Below, piece by piece: positions 16,725-34,408 of a stretch of 64,000 nt of DNA. A model generated the notes under the pieces. The model ran no database searches. It worked only from the letters and a program-made list of their open reading frames with translations, and was not told the origin of the DNA. Source of the DNA: the human T2T-CHM13v2.0 reference genome, Homo sapiens; NCBI RefSeq assembly GCF_009914755.1, contig NC_060933.1. One strand, written 5' to 3'. Position numbers and translations under genes: made by a program. How positions within the stretch are numbered: position 1 is the first letter of the stretch; the number at the start of each line of letters is the position of its first letter.

Positions 16725-18643
16725 TGAGATTCCTAATTTTTAAAAGAAATGATAAAATATGGTCAGTTAATTCTGTTTGTACTAAGGATATTTTATTTTT
16801 GTTATTTAAAAATGGACAGAAACTCTGTTTGCATACTGATGGGATTTTTCTGTTAATTAGAAAAAAACAGCCAGGATAACTTTTACAGGATGATAGCACA
16901 TTTACTGTACATACATACATACACACAGTCCATAGAGTTGTGCCATGCCATCGATGTTATTTTCATTTACTTTTTGTTTTTTCTGACAACAGTTGGACAT
17001 GCCCTGACAACTCAACTTCCATTATAAATATTTAAAAACTAAGCAGGAGAGAGTCATCCCTTAACCACAGCCATATAATGTGATGAAGGATACACACAGC
17101 TGCAGCCACAGCATGTCATTACTTAATTTGTTTTTGACAGCTCCCATTTGCAGAGGAAAGGAAAGTATGAGCTACACATGGGCAAGGATTTTACATACAT
17201 CCACATTTGTTTGTTTGTTGTGAATATTGACACATTTTCTTGGGGGAATGGCAGGGAATCCAGGCCAACATCATTTCTTTCTTAGTATAGCAACAGCTCA
17301 AGATGTTTGCTGTCCATGGAAAGCTGAAGGAAAAATTCAAGTCAGTGTCTGTACCAAAGGGAAGAAGTATTAGATTGGTAAGCACTTTCCAGCCATGATG
17401 AGAAGATGGCAGAGCGAGTTAGGAATGTAGGTTTTCTTCTACGACAGAAGAGGTCATTTTAATGAGTAAATGGAGCACAGGGGAGCCCTCACATTTGTAC
17501 CAAGGAGAATCCCAAAGCCCTGTTTCACAACAGCTATGTGTGGGTTGTGTGATAGCACTTCCTATGGTTTATGTTACCTAACTGTGCTCCTCAGGGTGGT
17601 CCTCATCATGCGTTTTTTAGGTAACTAATTGTTGGCCTATATATGACAGAGGTTGATGGGCTTGGGCTATTCCCTGTATCCCCTGAGGCATGACCTGAGT
17701 TGTCTGACACCTTATGGGGACTGGGCTTGAGACGGAATTGGGGCAAGAGAAAACCCAGTCATCAGGGATGTGGAATTGTGATTTGGGCTCCTTTCAGGGC
17801 TATGAGAAGTATACTTCTACACCAGCTGGGACTTGGAGTGATGATCCTGAACGATGCATCCAGATAATTCTGTGAAGGGATGATGGAAACATCACAAAGC
17901 AGGGAACACTAAGAAAAATGGGACAATTTGAGTTAGCTCAGAATTATCATCAATAGTCAAAACTAGGCTGCTGGATACAGCAATTGGGTCTGATTAAGAG
18001 TACCTATGTCGCCTTAGGAAGAAGGGATAGGTGCAGTTGGTGCCTTACATAACAGAATAGGGAATTATAATAGAGAGTGTATCAATGATTTTATTAGTAT
18101 CGTGTGTGTATGAAGGAGAAGGATGGAAACTAGGAAGATGCCTGAACTGGTTTACATCCTATCATTCACCTGGTAGATATCTGACCATGTGGTATTAAAC
18201 ATCTGCCTCTGCCTTCTCTGACCCTGATTGCCTTGGTTCTTTCTGGTAGTAGGATTATTGTATAATGAGTAAAACCACATGCAAATATTGTATACAGATC
18301 TAGAGCCATATGTAATCTAGTTAGCTCCATCTTGAAGAAAGTTCTGTGGAGGTGTTTGCGAGGATTTGCTCCTTAAAGAAGGAGGTCATGAAGAGAAGGA
18401 ATTTGACTTATCAAAAAGGGGTCAACCTGAGGCTGTAGGCCCCAAACAGCTCCTGTTATTGCTCTCACGGCCTTTGATCAAGTCATGTAGTTATATATTC
18501 ACATTGTTTTGTGTGTTCTACTCAACATAAAAAAATTAGGGCCTGAGAAGATGTAGAAATTCCCTCTCGGGTGTCCAGAGTCTTTGGCCCATGGTTCTGG
18601 TCATCCAGGCAGTCTGTGGCTAAGTTTACTTTCCCTGCCCTCA

Positions 18644-19096
<453 letters not shown>

Positions 19097-19444
19097 TTAT
19101 TCCTATGTCGTCTTACTCCAGTGTTCAAGATCAGCCTTCCAAATAATGTACTTTCAAACTCTGGTACTTAAGGTAGTACTCACCTTTTCCTACAGTCTTA
19201 TCAAAGTGTCATTTGACACTTTCACTAGGGCACATTTATATATACTTACTTGAACTTCAGAGGGTGATTTTACTTGATGAATCTCAGCAGCTTACTACAT
19301 TCCTGGAAGGATTGGTCTGACGGCACTGGCAAGTTATAGATGCCCTTAATTAAGTCAAAGCCCTATGGTCCTGTGTTGTTTTTTCAAGTCCTCTCTTTCA
19401 TATCAGAAACATTTAAACTATGATGGCTTACCACGTAGCTCTTC

Positions 19445-19799
<355 letters not shown>

Positions 19800-20029
19800 T
19801 AATGCCAAATTATTCCTGAATATGTATAGATGATTTTTTTGATAAATTTATCAAAAATATTCCTGAGAAAATAATTCAAAGTAGAAAAAAATCACTAAAT
19901 TGCCAGCAGAAAAAAAAAGGTAAAACAATAAAACAATTTAGGTCACTAGAACTAAATGATTGGTAATTAAAACTTGAGAAGAACTTCTTAGCACCATCTT
20001 TCCCTTCCCCCCCCATTTTCCTTTTTTAC

Positions 20030-22225
<2,196 letters not shown>

Positions 22226-22379
22226 CTACTTTTAACTGAGAGATGAAGTGACACTCAATACTTCCTATGCCCACTCATGAAACTGACTTGTCATGCTTGA
22301 GAGGTGGGCTGAAAAGAATTTCCAAATGGATACAATGAGATTTAGTTGAAACACTGGTTTTCATTTTCAAACTAATTCC

Positions 22380-22748
22380 TGTTATAGACTGAATATTTTT
22401 GCCCCCAAAACAAAATCATATGTTGAACCCCTAAACTCCAGTGTGGCCATCTTTGGAGCTAGGGCCTTTGGGAGGTAGTCAGGGTTAGTTGAAGCCATGA
22501 GAGTGAGATTCTAGTATGATGGGATTAGTGCCCTTAAAGAGTCACCAGTGCTGTTTGTCCTGTCTCTCTGTCTCTCTCTCATTCGAATGCATGCACTGGG
22601 GAAATGTCATGAGCATGCAGAGAGATGGAAGCCATCTGCAAGCCAGCAACAGACCATGCTAGCACCTTATTTGTGGACTTCTAGCTTCTAGAATGGTGAA
22701 AAAATAAATTTTTGTGCCCTGTCTATGGAAGCCGAGCAAATTAAGACA
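22380..22748 (+). mobile_element. MLT1A-like solo LTR
   Basis: tgttatagactgaat...gatgggattagtgccctt...taagaca. Confidence 0.8.
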
Positions 22749-22815
22749 TTGCCTTATCCAAAGACACATTTCAGGAGTGTGTTCTGATTTATGATCATGT
22801 TGAAGAAGAAGTGGG

Positions 22816-23213
22816 TGTCTCAGTTTGTTCGTGTTGCTATAATAAAACACTGGAGAAAGGGTAATTTTAAAGAACAGAAATTTATTTCTCACCATTCTGA
22901 ATGCTGGAAGCCCAAGATCAAGGTGCAGCAGGTTTGGTGTTTGGTGAAGGCCTGCCTTCAGCTTCCAAGATGGTGCCTTGTTGCTGCATCCTTTGGAAGG
23001 GACAAATGTTGAGTCCTCAAATGGCAGAAGGTAGAAGGGCAAAAAAAGGCCTAAGCTAGTTCCCTCTAGCCCTTTTAAAAGGCACAAATCTGTTCATGAG
23101 GATGGAGCCACTATGACTTCCTCACTTCTCCAAAGGCTCCATCTCTCAATACCACTGTAATGGGGATTAAGTTTCAACATGAATTTTGGAGGAGACACAT
23201 TCAAACCATAGCA
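22816..23213 (-). mobile_element. MST-family (MSTC/D-like) solo LTR
   Basis: tgtctcagtttgtt...gcttccaagatggtgccttg...cacattcaaaccatagca; 5-bp TSD gtg(g/t)g. Confidence 0.8.
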
Positions 23214-23479
23214 GTGTGTGAATATTATTTTGGAAGAGTTTGGAATATACTATCTTAAAAAAAAGATGTAACTATGATGTAGCTTTTTAATCTTGATAGA
23301 TAAAGCCTCAGAACGGTCGCTCTTCAGGACCCACTGTAAATATGTGTCAGTGGTATCTTAGGAACACAAACGCTTTATTGGCTATTTTTTTTCTTATTTG
23401 GCTGTGGTGTGCTTCCCTTCACCCATTTCTCTCTTGTTCTTTCTTTGCTAACTCATAATCTACATATTTTTACTTTCAG

Positions 23480-23995
23480 GGGGAGTTTTATACCTGGTAT
23501 ACTATTTGTAGCCTTCGTAGAGGGTTCTCCATTCTAGTCACACCGATTTCCTCTCTGCTGCAGACATTGGACACTGGCCTAGTGTTCCAGAAGCTCTGAG
23601 TTCAGAGTCCTCATGTACTAATGCCAGCAACAGTCAGTTTCACAGTGCCTCTGGCCAGCTGCACTCTTATGCAACTCAACAATTTCTCACCTTTTCTCCT
23701 TTTAAAAACAATATAAGCAACAAAACCACCCAGCTCCCACTGCTGCATAACCCAGAAGTATTGGAAAGATCACTTCATACAATTCTTGAGGCAATCCTGC
23801 AGGATCAAGCAATTAGGTCCTTGGAGTGGTGGCCAGCTCATCAAAGCCTCTTTGTACTGGTGCTTCCCCTGATCCTGTTTTGTTCCCTTGTCCCTCTTTC
23901 CTGCTCCTAGCTAGGATCACACTCCCCAATAAAGTTTTTGAACAATGACCTGTGTTTAGGCTACATCTTTCTGGGGAACTTGCACCAAAACTCCA
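23480..23995 (+). mobile_element. Old ERVL-type LTR (LTR16/33-like)
   Basis: cactccccaataaa...ggctacatctttctggggaac 3' signature. Confidence 0.4.
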
Positions 23996-24230
23996 TTACA
24001 TACCCAGCTTACCTTTGTCCTTTATTAAAATGCGTAATCTGCACACAAAATAGATTTTTATGATAAAATATGTTACAATTTTTATTTGTTTACTTCCTCT
24101 TTCTTGGACTCAGTTTCTTTCCCTTTAAAAATCTGCTACCTAGCTCTCAGATTCTATGTCCTTCATTCAAATATTTGAGTTTTTACTATGGGACATGCAC
24201 ATAGTCTGCTAGAAGTTGGTAAACTATAGT

Positions 24231-24632
24231 TGTCTTAGTCCATTCACATTGCTACAACATACCATAGATTGGGTGGCTTATAAACAACAGAAGTTTATTT
24301 CTCAAGTTCTGGAGGCTGGGAAATCCAAGATCAGGATGGCAGCAGATTCAGTGTCCGGTCGGGGCTTGTTCCTGGTTCAGAGAGGGCTGCTTCTTTCTGT
24401 GTCCTCACATGGTAGAAGGGGCAAGGCAGCTCCCTGGGGTCTCTTTTTAAAAAAGCCATTTTGACACACGTGGATGAAACCTCTTTTATAAGGGCACTGA
24501 TCTCCTTTATGAGGGCTCCATCCTCATGACCTTATCACCTCCCAAAGGCCCCACCTCCTAATACGATCACCTTGGTGGTTAGGATTTCAACAGATGAATT
24601 TGGGGAAAGATACAAACATTCAGACCATAACA
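24231..24632 (-). mobile_element. MLT1A0 solo LTR
   Basis: tgtcttagtccattc...ggcttataaacaacagaa...aaacattcagaccataaca. Confidence 0.88.
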
Positions 24633-25209
24633 ATGATGCTAAGGCTTCATATGGCCCCATGTCTTGCTTTGTTTGACTCTTGTTTGGCTTCCATGGCATT
24701 TTGAAAAAGACTGTAACGATCAGACATTATGCTTGGTCATGAGACAAATAGTTTGAGCACCCGTGGAGGTGCAACCAAGGATAATGGTTGAGCCTGGGGC
24801 TTTTCAAACACAGGTTCTATTCTCCCAGGTGCACAAGGCTAGGGTTTAGACTGTATATTTTCATATGGTGCTACCGTCTCAGCAGTACATTCTACTTGAT
24901 GATGACAAACCGATCTTACATAATCTTTGAAAAGAACAAAGCTACCTTATAGAGCAAAATGCTTGTCTTTTAATTTTTAAAGTATATAATATTTACAAAT
25001 GCTTTCCCAGGGCCTGTCTGTTTCCAGTCATGCCTCCAGAATCTTCAAGGGTATGAAGCTACTCACTTCTATCACTGGGAGTCCCTTGGAAAAGTCTGAA
25101 GAGCCCTATGCTAGGGTGCTCCTTGGCCTCACTAGCCTTGCCCTTTTTTAGTAAGTGAACCTGAGCTCCTGTGATTTTGTCTCTTCACTCTGACTTGGAG
25201 CGTTCCTGA

Positions 25210-25574
<365 letters not shown>

Positions 25575-27092
25575 TTGCTTTCTCTTTTCTGATACTCTTT
25601 TGCTTCAGATTTTAATATATATGTATATATTTTTAACCCTGTTCAGCTGTTCTGGGTCTGTTTAAAGTCCCAGTCAAAGGAACCTGGGTGCCTTCCTCCT
25701 GACCTTGGTGTAAAATGAAGCAAAGGATAAAAATATATAGGACTTGCAGCTCCCCAAATGCAGCTTCTCATTCCTGCTACTGGGTATTATTTATTGCTGT
25801 GCTTCTCTTCCCCCATGTTTGATACTCTCTCCATGTATTTATTTGGGCATTTATTGCTGTGCTGCTTCTTTGCATGTTTGAGATGATTTCCACGTAGTTA
25901 ATTTAAACAGCTGTTTTTACAGACAACATTTCTGTTTCAAACGTTCTTTCCTGTTTGCAAACCAGCGTTTCTTACAAGTGGGTTGCTGCCACTCTGCTAA
26001 TTTATTCCACTTTAACAATACAATTTCTTGTTTTCTTCAGATTTTTCAAAACCTGAGAATTGAATTTCCAGAAATGCCAAACCACCGCATTTCATCTTGA
26101 CTAATTGGCCATGTGGGCTGTCTTCCCGTTGCAAAATCGGCATGAGTTTTGTTGTTGATGATGTTGTCGTTTTAAAGAAAAAGAAAGCAATTTGATTTTT
26201 TGGCAGATACTCACCATTACTTTCTCAGTAATCTGATAAAATTCCATCCATCTACCTTCCCAAAAGGGAATCTTGAGGTAAACTTTCAACTTTTCTTTTT
26301 GAAACAGGCTTAAACAAATGCATTCAGTTTTGGGAAACAGATCTTCCTCTGGGCAAGGCAGGCTGAGCTACATTCCTACGTTTCTCATGCTGCAGTGAGA
26401 AAAGTTCATGAATGTAAGGGAATGCTTTTCCAAAGTTATCTGTGAAGGGAAAGGAATAATTACTTCTGTGTGATTCAAACCTGGGCACCATCCAGGTTCC
26501 CAATTAGCTGTGAGAACAGTGCCTGCTATTGTGTCTCAAGTTTACCTTGAATTTTCCAAAGAAACATTCTTTCTGATCACTGTGAATATCAGAAAATAGG
26601 AGCCCTCACATTCTTCTTTCTTGTATTGAAGCAAAAGAGGCCCAGAGGACTGCCAGAGAGGTTCAGAGGAGAACAACTGCTGTAAGCATTTTACTGCCAG
26701 GGGGTGAAAAGGGAACTGCAATGTAATTTTAAAATATTTTCTTAGGAAAAAAACTCAGAAACTTCTGCATTATGATAAGTGCTTGGATATAGACCCATCT
26801 TCATGCATGGGGAAATGATGGGAGTTATACATTTCTTTGCTTTTTATTTCCTTACTTATGTAACCCTGTTTTTCAGTACAACTTGTATTTCTGAAGTCAC
26901 TCTAGACTAGGGGTAAAAATAAGATGAAAAGAAGTCAGCGAGTAGTATTTCTACGGCTTTGCCTCTACAAACTGCAGACATTTTAGATTCTCTAATTCTT
27001 TCTACATCGCTTTGGGAGTCCTCATGGAACAATTTCACATGCGCTTCTTGGGCACGATGTGGCATTTTTCATTTTCCACTTTTCCAGGTGTA

Positions 27093-27389
<297 letters not shown>

Positions 27390-29559
27390 AGGTATAGTTT
27401 ATTTGAGACTATAGTGTGGTCCATTTCTGCTGAGGTAAGGAGGATGGGAAGTTAGTCAGCAGGGTGAGGAGTTAGTCTCCTGGTAATCTTAACACCTGAT
27501 ATTGGGTCATTGGGGTCTTTCAAGGGCATGAGTGCCCGATGTCCTCACCCATCAAGACACCACTGCCAACCAGGATGCCCACCAAGCCTCAGCAAAGCTC
27601 ACGCGGAGTCTGGGGGCTTTTGTTCATGGTGCTCACTCTGCCACAATTGTTCAGAGACAGCCATTGCCCCAAGGTGGCTCTATCTTGTGCTATCAAAGCC
27701 CCACGGAGATATCTGTGTTTCCTTCCTTTTAATGAAGCCATCTCAATTGAGGACATGGGGCATGTGTCCCTGAGGACTAGGTGGGTAAGATGAGTGACAG
27801 GCACATGTTTTATTCAGAAATCTTTCCTTGGCTTGCTATCCTGGAAGGAGGCTTACATCAATTAACCTTGGTTATTTCCCTGGTGGTTCCTTCGTCCCTC
27901 GTGTGTGCAGCCTCTGTTCTCAGCCATGCCCAGGTATGCCTGATATGCTTGAGAGATGTCTGAAACTGAGGGTGGGTACAATTTAATTAGCACGACTGTG
28001 TGCATTTGACTTGTGTAGGGCACAAATGTGAACTAACAGCATGGCATCTTGCAAATTTGTCCAACACTCTGGTTGGAACAAGGTCTTTGCTTCACCTACA
28101 TAGGCAAGGACAGGCCTATGTTTATGAGATAAAATTTCTATAGCCTGTTTCAACACTTCTTTTGTGGAATAGCTCACAAATCTATGATTACTATCTAGAT
28201 CTTTCTCCCATGCTTCTAATTCTCATCTTTCCCTCAAAATGGTCCCTCTAATTCCTGTTTCCATTAATGAACCATCCACGCAGTTACTGAGCTAGAATCA
28301 TCCTTACATCCTTTCACCCCTGCTCACCCGACAACTCAATTACAAAACTAAACACAAAATTTCTGATAATTCTCATATTAGTCAAGAGGAATAGAAGAGT
28401 GGGTATTATGGGATCTATTTTTCCTTTGGAAGAAAATTTCCTAGAAAATAATATCTAATAATAAACATATTTAATAATAGATATACCTAATAATATCTAA
28501 TATAGAAACTTTACTAATACTCCCTATCTGACAGGAAGAGATTTGCATTATACATTTTATGGAATGACACCAATAGAAATGATTTTTCTGTCATTTGCTA
28601 TTATCTTCAAAAGCCAAAGCAAGGGAGGCTTTAATTTGGCCATATTTAGGACATGAAGAAAGGACATATTGTCCTAAAAATAAGTACAACTGGGGAGCAC
28701 ATATTTTGTGCATTTGCTACAGGTGCATGTTTTCCCCTTTACTACACAGTAAGGAAATTACAATGTATAATTGCTTTAAAAATGGTGACTATTCTCTGCA
28801 TTATGTACTTAGAACATTTTATAGTATTGAAAAGAAAAGGTGACTCATTTGTAAATGCCCCTTAACAAACCAGTTAAAATAGAAGATAAATCTACTATTT
28901 GCTGACTGTTGTCTCGGTCAGCTGAAGTTAAGTCTCCAAGTCATAACAGGCACCCTGGGATGTAGGCCAGGGAGGGAGACCTCCTAGCCAGACAGACTTC
29001 CACATTTTCTGTGACTGGATATCCAGGTGTCATGGTGGGCTCCGTCTTCCCTGTAAGTTTGGTTTAGTGTGGAATTGGGTGGTGGACGGACCCAGTGAGG
29101 AAAGACTTTGTTCATTAGAGCCTGTAAATTAACAGTTTATCCGAGTGAACATTAATTTAACTAGATAATCTAACCAATGAGCTCCTAAACTTCTACTGCA
29201 AACCCTGATGGGCTCTCTAGGAAGAGTTTTACATGAGCACAAAAGGCTCTATGAGGTTTTAGATATACTAGGATGCCTAAGTGAGCTACTCTAGAAAAAG
29301 GTAAACAAAGTGTCATAGGTACTCCAAAATGTTTAGCTCTTTACTTCTAGCTCTCACAATAAAATGAAGCTCTTCAGTCCCCAAACTCCATATACTCTGT
29401 TATAATTCACACTATGTCTGAATAAAGAGTTATAATTTCACAAAAGCAAATGATCTCGAGAATTCAGTCCGGGGTTCCCTCTCTTATTGCAACGATGTTA
29501 GTTTGTGGTAGTATAACAAAAGGACTAATGAAGGTTGATTTAATCTACAACGAGGTGAT

Positions 29560-29780
29560 AGCACAGGGCTTAGTTAAAGCAGCATGGAATGTGGAGACAG
29601 AGGAGCTTCAGGGAGTGGCTTTCCTGCCTAATAGCTACGTGACCTCAACATTCTGAACCTCGGTATTCCTTATCTGCTTCATGGAACAAATAATACCTAT
29701 TCAAATTGTGAAAATTGGGCCTGATTTAATGCTTATAAAGTGCTTATGATAGATTCCTGTGCTTTCCCTATATGGAGATC
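29560..29780 (+). mobile_element. MIR
   Basis: tctgaacctcggtattccttatctg...ataatacct...taaagtgctt. Confidence 0.65.
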
Positions 29781-29899
29781 CTACTGTTAATCTCTTTATC
29801 CCTGGAAGGGATGAGAACAGTCATGAACAGAGTTTGTTTGTGGAGAGTTTGGTCCTGGTGATAGCACTCCCTCATTCTTCTCTAAGTGCTCTCGGGCAA

Positions 29900-30006
29900 T
29901 TTTCTTTCAGTAGACTCTGAATTCCTTAAGGGCAGCCAGGGCCTGATTGGTCTCTGATATCTAGTAGGTTCATTAAGCATGTTTCCAAATAAGTGAATGA
30001 ATGAAC
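29900..30006 (+). mobile_element. L2 3'-end fragment
   Basis: tagactctgaattccttaagggcag...tagtaggt...gaatgaatgaa. Confidence 0.6.
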
Positions 30007-31332
30007 TCAGGTCCCTTAACTTCAAAGGTGCTTAAACATTTTTAGGAAATAATTTGAAAAAATCTAGATGTCAGACTTATTTTTTTTTTCTTTCCTCTCT
30101 TCTTTGACAAAGAAGCATAGAATGCATTATCTGTGAACATTTGGTGGGAGGAAGATTTTTGGTAAAGCAACTAATTAGAAATGTGCTATTAAATGCCAAA
30201 CTAGCATTAACCTAAAACTTGTGTTTTATGGGAGGATTCTTATACTTTTTTTTCCCCTCAAAATTTTTCCTTGAAAATATTTTAACTATTTGCCATAAGA
30301 ATATTTTGGGCTTAGTCAACTCATGCTAGGGTTTTTTGCTTTCTTTTTTTTAAGAGGTGAATGATTTTGTTGATAAAATTCACGTTTCATATTGAATCTA
30401 CAATATGAGATTGTTGAGTGTGATTTTTTTTCTTTCTAGTTTAAATTGGAACCTTATGGACATTTAACCTAGAAACATATGTCAATGTGATTTATATGTA
30501 GAAAATCTCTTTTTATAGTATTAACAAAATCACTATTGTGTTCCAATCTTTGTTCTCCAGGGATAAATCTTAGTAAATCACTTCCTGCCATTCAGATACC
30601 TCAGAGCTCAAACTGCCTGAAGCTTAGCAACAGATTCATCAGAAAATAAAATCTCCTACCCACCCCACCAAAAGGTTATGATGACAGGAAAAATGTTTCC
30701 TGTTTCTCCTTAAAGGATGGGGAGGGGGCAGAAAGGAAAGGAGAGAATTTAAAAATCTGGTTTCTTGATGTCTGAGAAAATACAGTTCAGATTAATTACT
30801 AGTGCCTTAAATAAGAAACAGGAAAAATGTTCTACACAGAGAGAGTTGCTTTATCTGGCCATAAACGTTTGATACTCATCCCAGGATCCAGGCCCAAAGA
30901 GAATTTTAGACAGATCTGAAAAAAAATCAGGCCAAGGATATTTTCAAAAATGGAAACTGGAAATAGAACCCATTGTACTCATACCATTCATCTTCAGATG
31001 TATCAGCACTCTCTGTATCTTGAGTCTATCACTTTAACAACCCTTGAAAGTTCAAGAAGGTTTAGTGAGTATGTGTGTATATACTATTCCCCCCCACCTC
31101 CATAGAACGTATTTTACCGGTTTCGTTTACAAAGAGAATTTAGGTATTTCCTATCTTGCTTTACTCACCTATAACTTGGAGATCATAAATATGTTTCCAT
31201 CTCCTGGGGAATGTTCTCTCACATTGCATTCCAAAGATGCGCTCTCCAGATGTGAAAGGTTTTTTTCACTTTTAAAATTTCTTCAGAGCAAGGATCTCTT
31301 AATGGAATACAGTATGTATTCACATAATGCCC

Positions 31333-31767
31333 TGTTAAAGCAAACTAAATATGGCCTGAGAAGGATCCTGTATTTCTATATTTGAGTCCTTGTGGAGGAC
31401 CTGCAACCTAACTTAAAAGGGAGACAAGATTGAAAACCTAATTTAGGAGTATGCCCTCTAACAATAGCTGAGTCTTGGCCAATACTAGCAACCATACTTC
31501 AACCCCTCATACACTGCCGATTATTCAAACTATGTTCAAATAAGGCAAATGTCAACCTGTAGCCAATTCAGCTGTTTCTGTACCTCACTGCTGGTTTCTG
31601 TATATCACTTTCCTTTTTTTTTTGGCCTATAAATTTGTTCTGACCATGAGGCATCCCTGGAATCTCTGTGAATCTGCTGTGATTCTGGGGGCTGCCAGAT
31701 TGACGAATCATTCATTGCTCAATTAAACTCCTTTAAATTTAATTCGGCGGAAGTTTTTCTTTTAACA
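31333..31767 (+). mobile_element. MER57A1-like solo LTR (ERV1), complete
   Basis: tgttaaagcaaactaaatatggcctgagaagga...ttttaaca; perfect 4-bp TSD gccc. Confidence 0.88.
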
Positions 31768-32544
31768 GCCCGGTCATTAAGGATGTCTTTTGTTAGGATA
31801 GATAAGATGTACCTGAGCTTTGTTTTCATTTCCTGTGCAGTCCTGGAATTCTGGTACAGAAGATGTAATAGAGAAGAGGCTGATAGTTTGGAAGCCATAT
31901 GAAAAGGATGTCAGATTGAATCGGATCCACTATTTTCCAGTTCTTGAGCACTCAGGTGCTTGTTGCTGCCTGTGAGTCCTGATTCTTGGGAGGCAGTCTA
32001 CGAAAGCAGGCGGTGCTACCTTCCAGGTTATCAGTGCTGGTACTGCTCAGTCACCCTCGGGCCAGCAATGCGTGGGTCAAGATCCGTGAGAATTTTTCAG
32101 TGAAACTCATAGTGGCTTTGAGCCAGGCTATGAATTAGATAAAGCTGACTTTTCTTTTTTTATGAAGAACTGACCCTTGTTTTACATCAGTTAGAAAAAA
32201 AATTCAGTTTTGAAAAAGGAAAACACTTTAAAGGAAAAGCAGATGGTCTAGGAAGCCGTGTAGTCCCATGCATTAATTCTTTAATAAAGGACGAATTAAA
32301 GCCCCAGCCAATCACGAGTACAATAAGACCCTTTCTATTCCCTTTTCTTCTTTTTCCCTTATTCTTATAATTTGCTTTCCAGACCTTAAATAAAGGTAAG
32401 CTCAGTGATTCTTGGGTTTGAATCTTTTCTTTGAAATACCTCAGTGTGTACAGGGAAAATATATTGTTTAGATCCTGGACATTGTAAACAAGATCCCTCA
32501 AAAGTCCTGAACTATGTATTGAGTTCAACACATTATAATAGGAA

Positions 32545-32735
32545 AAAAAATAGGATTTAAAATCGGAAGATTTGGCCCCTAAGTATTGGCCATGCACTTA
32601 CTGAGTGGTTTTATGCCAGTTATTTTCATAACTTTTCTGAATCTGTTTTAATATTTGTAAAAAGGAATAATAATGCCTGCCTCACGGGTTGTTGTGAGGA
32701 TGCAATGACATAACACTACATGGAAGTGTATGAAA
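32545..32735 (+). mobile_element. MIR
   Basis: taataatgcctgcctcacgggttgttgtgaggat MIR core. Confidence 0.7.
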
Positions 32736-32751
32736 TTACCAATATTCAACA

Positions 32752-33053
32752 TTTTTTTTGGAGACAGGGTCTTGTTCTGTCACCCAGGCTGGAATGCTGT
32801 GGTGTAATCATGGCTCACTGCAACCTCGAACTCCTGTACTCGAGTGATCTTCCTGCTTCAGCCTCCTGAGTACTTGGGACTACAGGCGTGTGCCACCATG
32901 CCTAGTTTATTTTTTATTTTATTTTATTTTTTTGATATACACTGGATCTCACTATGTTACCTAGGCTGGTGTTTAACTCCTGGGTTCAAGCAATCCTCCT
33001 GCCTCGGCCTCCCAAAGTGCTGGGATTAGAGGTGTGAGCTACCACATCCAGCC
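32752..33053 (-). mobile_element. AluJ
   Basis: gagacagggtcttg, atcatggctcactgcaacctcgaactcc. Confidence 0.93.
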
Positions 33054-33882
33054 TCGACTGTTTCTAACCTTCACAAACAACTATTTCAAATGGGGCAAAC
33101 ACATATAAACAATGATTTGTAAGTTGTAAGGTAGAATGTAAATTTTATTTCAAATAAAGTGAAAAGTACTTTTTCTTCTCAAGTGTTCAGAAAGACGTGG
33201 GCCTTCCCTGACAACCAGAGTAGAAATGTATAAGAAAGCGTATACAGAATTTAAGGAGAAATGACAAGGAAGATAATATTAAGTGAGGAAATGAACTTGT
33301 ATTCCTTGGATAATCCTGGGCTAAAAGTTAATATAGTGATTAGGGTGATCCATTTAATGAGCTATATACATATATGTGAAATATTCACCTCATCCCATAT
33401 TAATAGTTCATAGTCCTCAAAGGACACAACATTTCTTATTCAAATTCCTCAATCAAAATCCTTCAACTTAATATGGTTAATAAGGCCATTTGAAATTTGG
33501 ATAATCTTTACACATTATGTAAAGGAAAAGTAACTCAATCTTAGAGGTGATCAGGAATAGATGATTCATATAATGTCTATTTTAAGAAAATAAGAAAGAA
33601 AAATATAAGACCAGCACTTTTTTTTTTTTTTTTTTTGAGGTGATTAGAGTTCAAGGTGCAGTGAGGCTCAGGAAATGAACTGGCTGACTATGGTGGGTTT
33701 TGCCCTTCTTATCCAGTTGAGATATGTTAATACAGAAGGTATGTTTCTGTTTCTGATCCCTCAGACTAACATTCTATAGCCAGAGTTAGTAGCTTTGGCT
33801 TAAATCCTTTAATACAGATTTGACAGCCAAAAATGGAAGATTTAAAATAGTGCTAATTCTCTACACTGAGAGAAACAGATCA

Positions 33883-34014
<132 letters not shown>

Positions 34015-34070
34015 TTATTTGTTGTTACATATTCTCTAGGAGCTGTACCAAGAATGGAAAACACATTTTC

Positions 34071-34132
34071 TTTCTTTCTCTTTTTCTTTCTTTTTCTTCC
34101 TTCCTTCCTTTCTTTTCTTCCTTCCTTTCTTT

Positions 34133-34193
<61 letters not shown>

Positions 34194-34276
34194 TTTCTTT
34201 CTTTCTCTTTCTCTCTTTCTTTTCTTTCTTTCTTTCTTTCTTTTTCTTTTCTTTCTTTCTTTCTTTCTTTTTCTTT

Positions 34277-34326
<50 letters not shown>

Positions 34327-34408
34327 TTTCTTTCCTTTCTTTCCTTTCTTTCCTTTCTTTCCTTTCTTCCTTTCTTCCTTTCTTTCTTTCCTTTCTTCCT
34401 TTCTTTCA
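34071..34408. repeat. ~340-bp (TTTC/TTCC/TTTCTTTCC)n pyrimidine tract; expanded Alu tail
   Basis: Lies between the TSD and the Alu body. Confidence 0.97.

Noticed and set aside
33618-33640. Poly(T) run followed by gag, a possible ultra-truncated Alu
   Set aside because: No TSD or further Alu sequence; indistinguishable from a simple homopolymer
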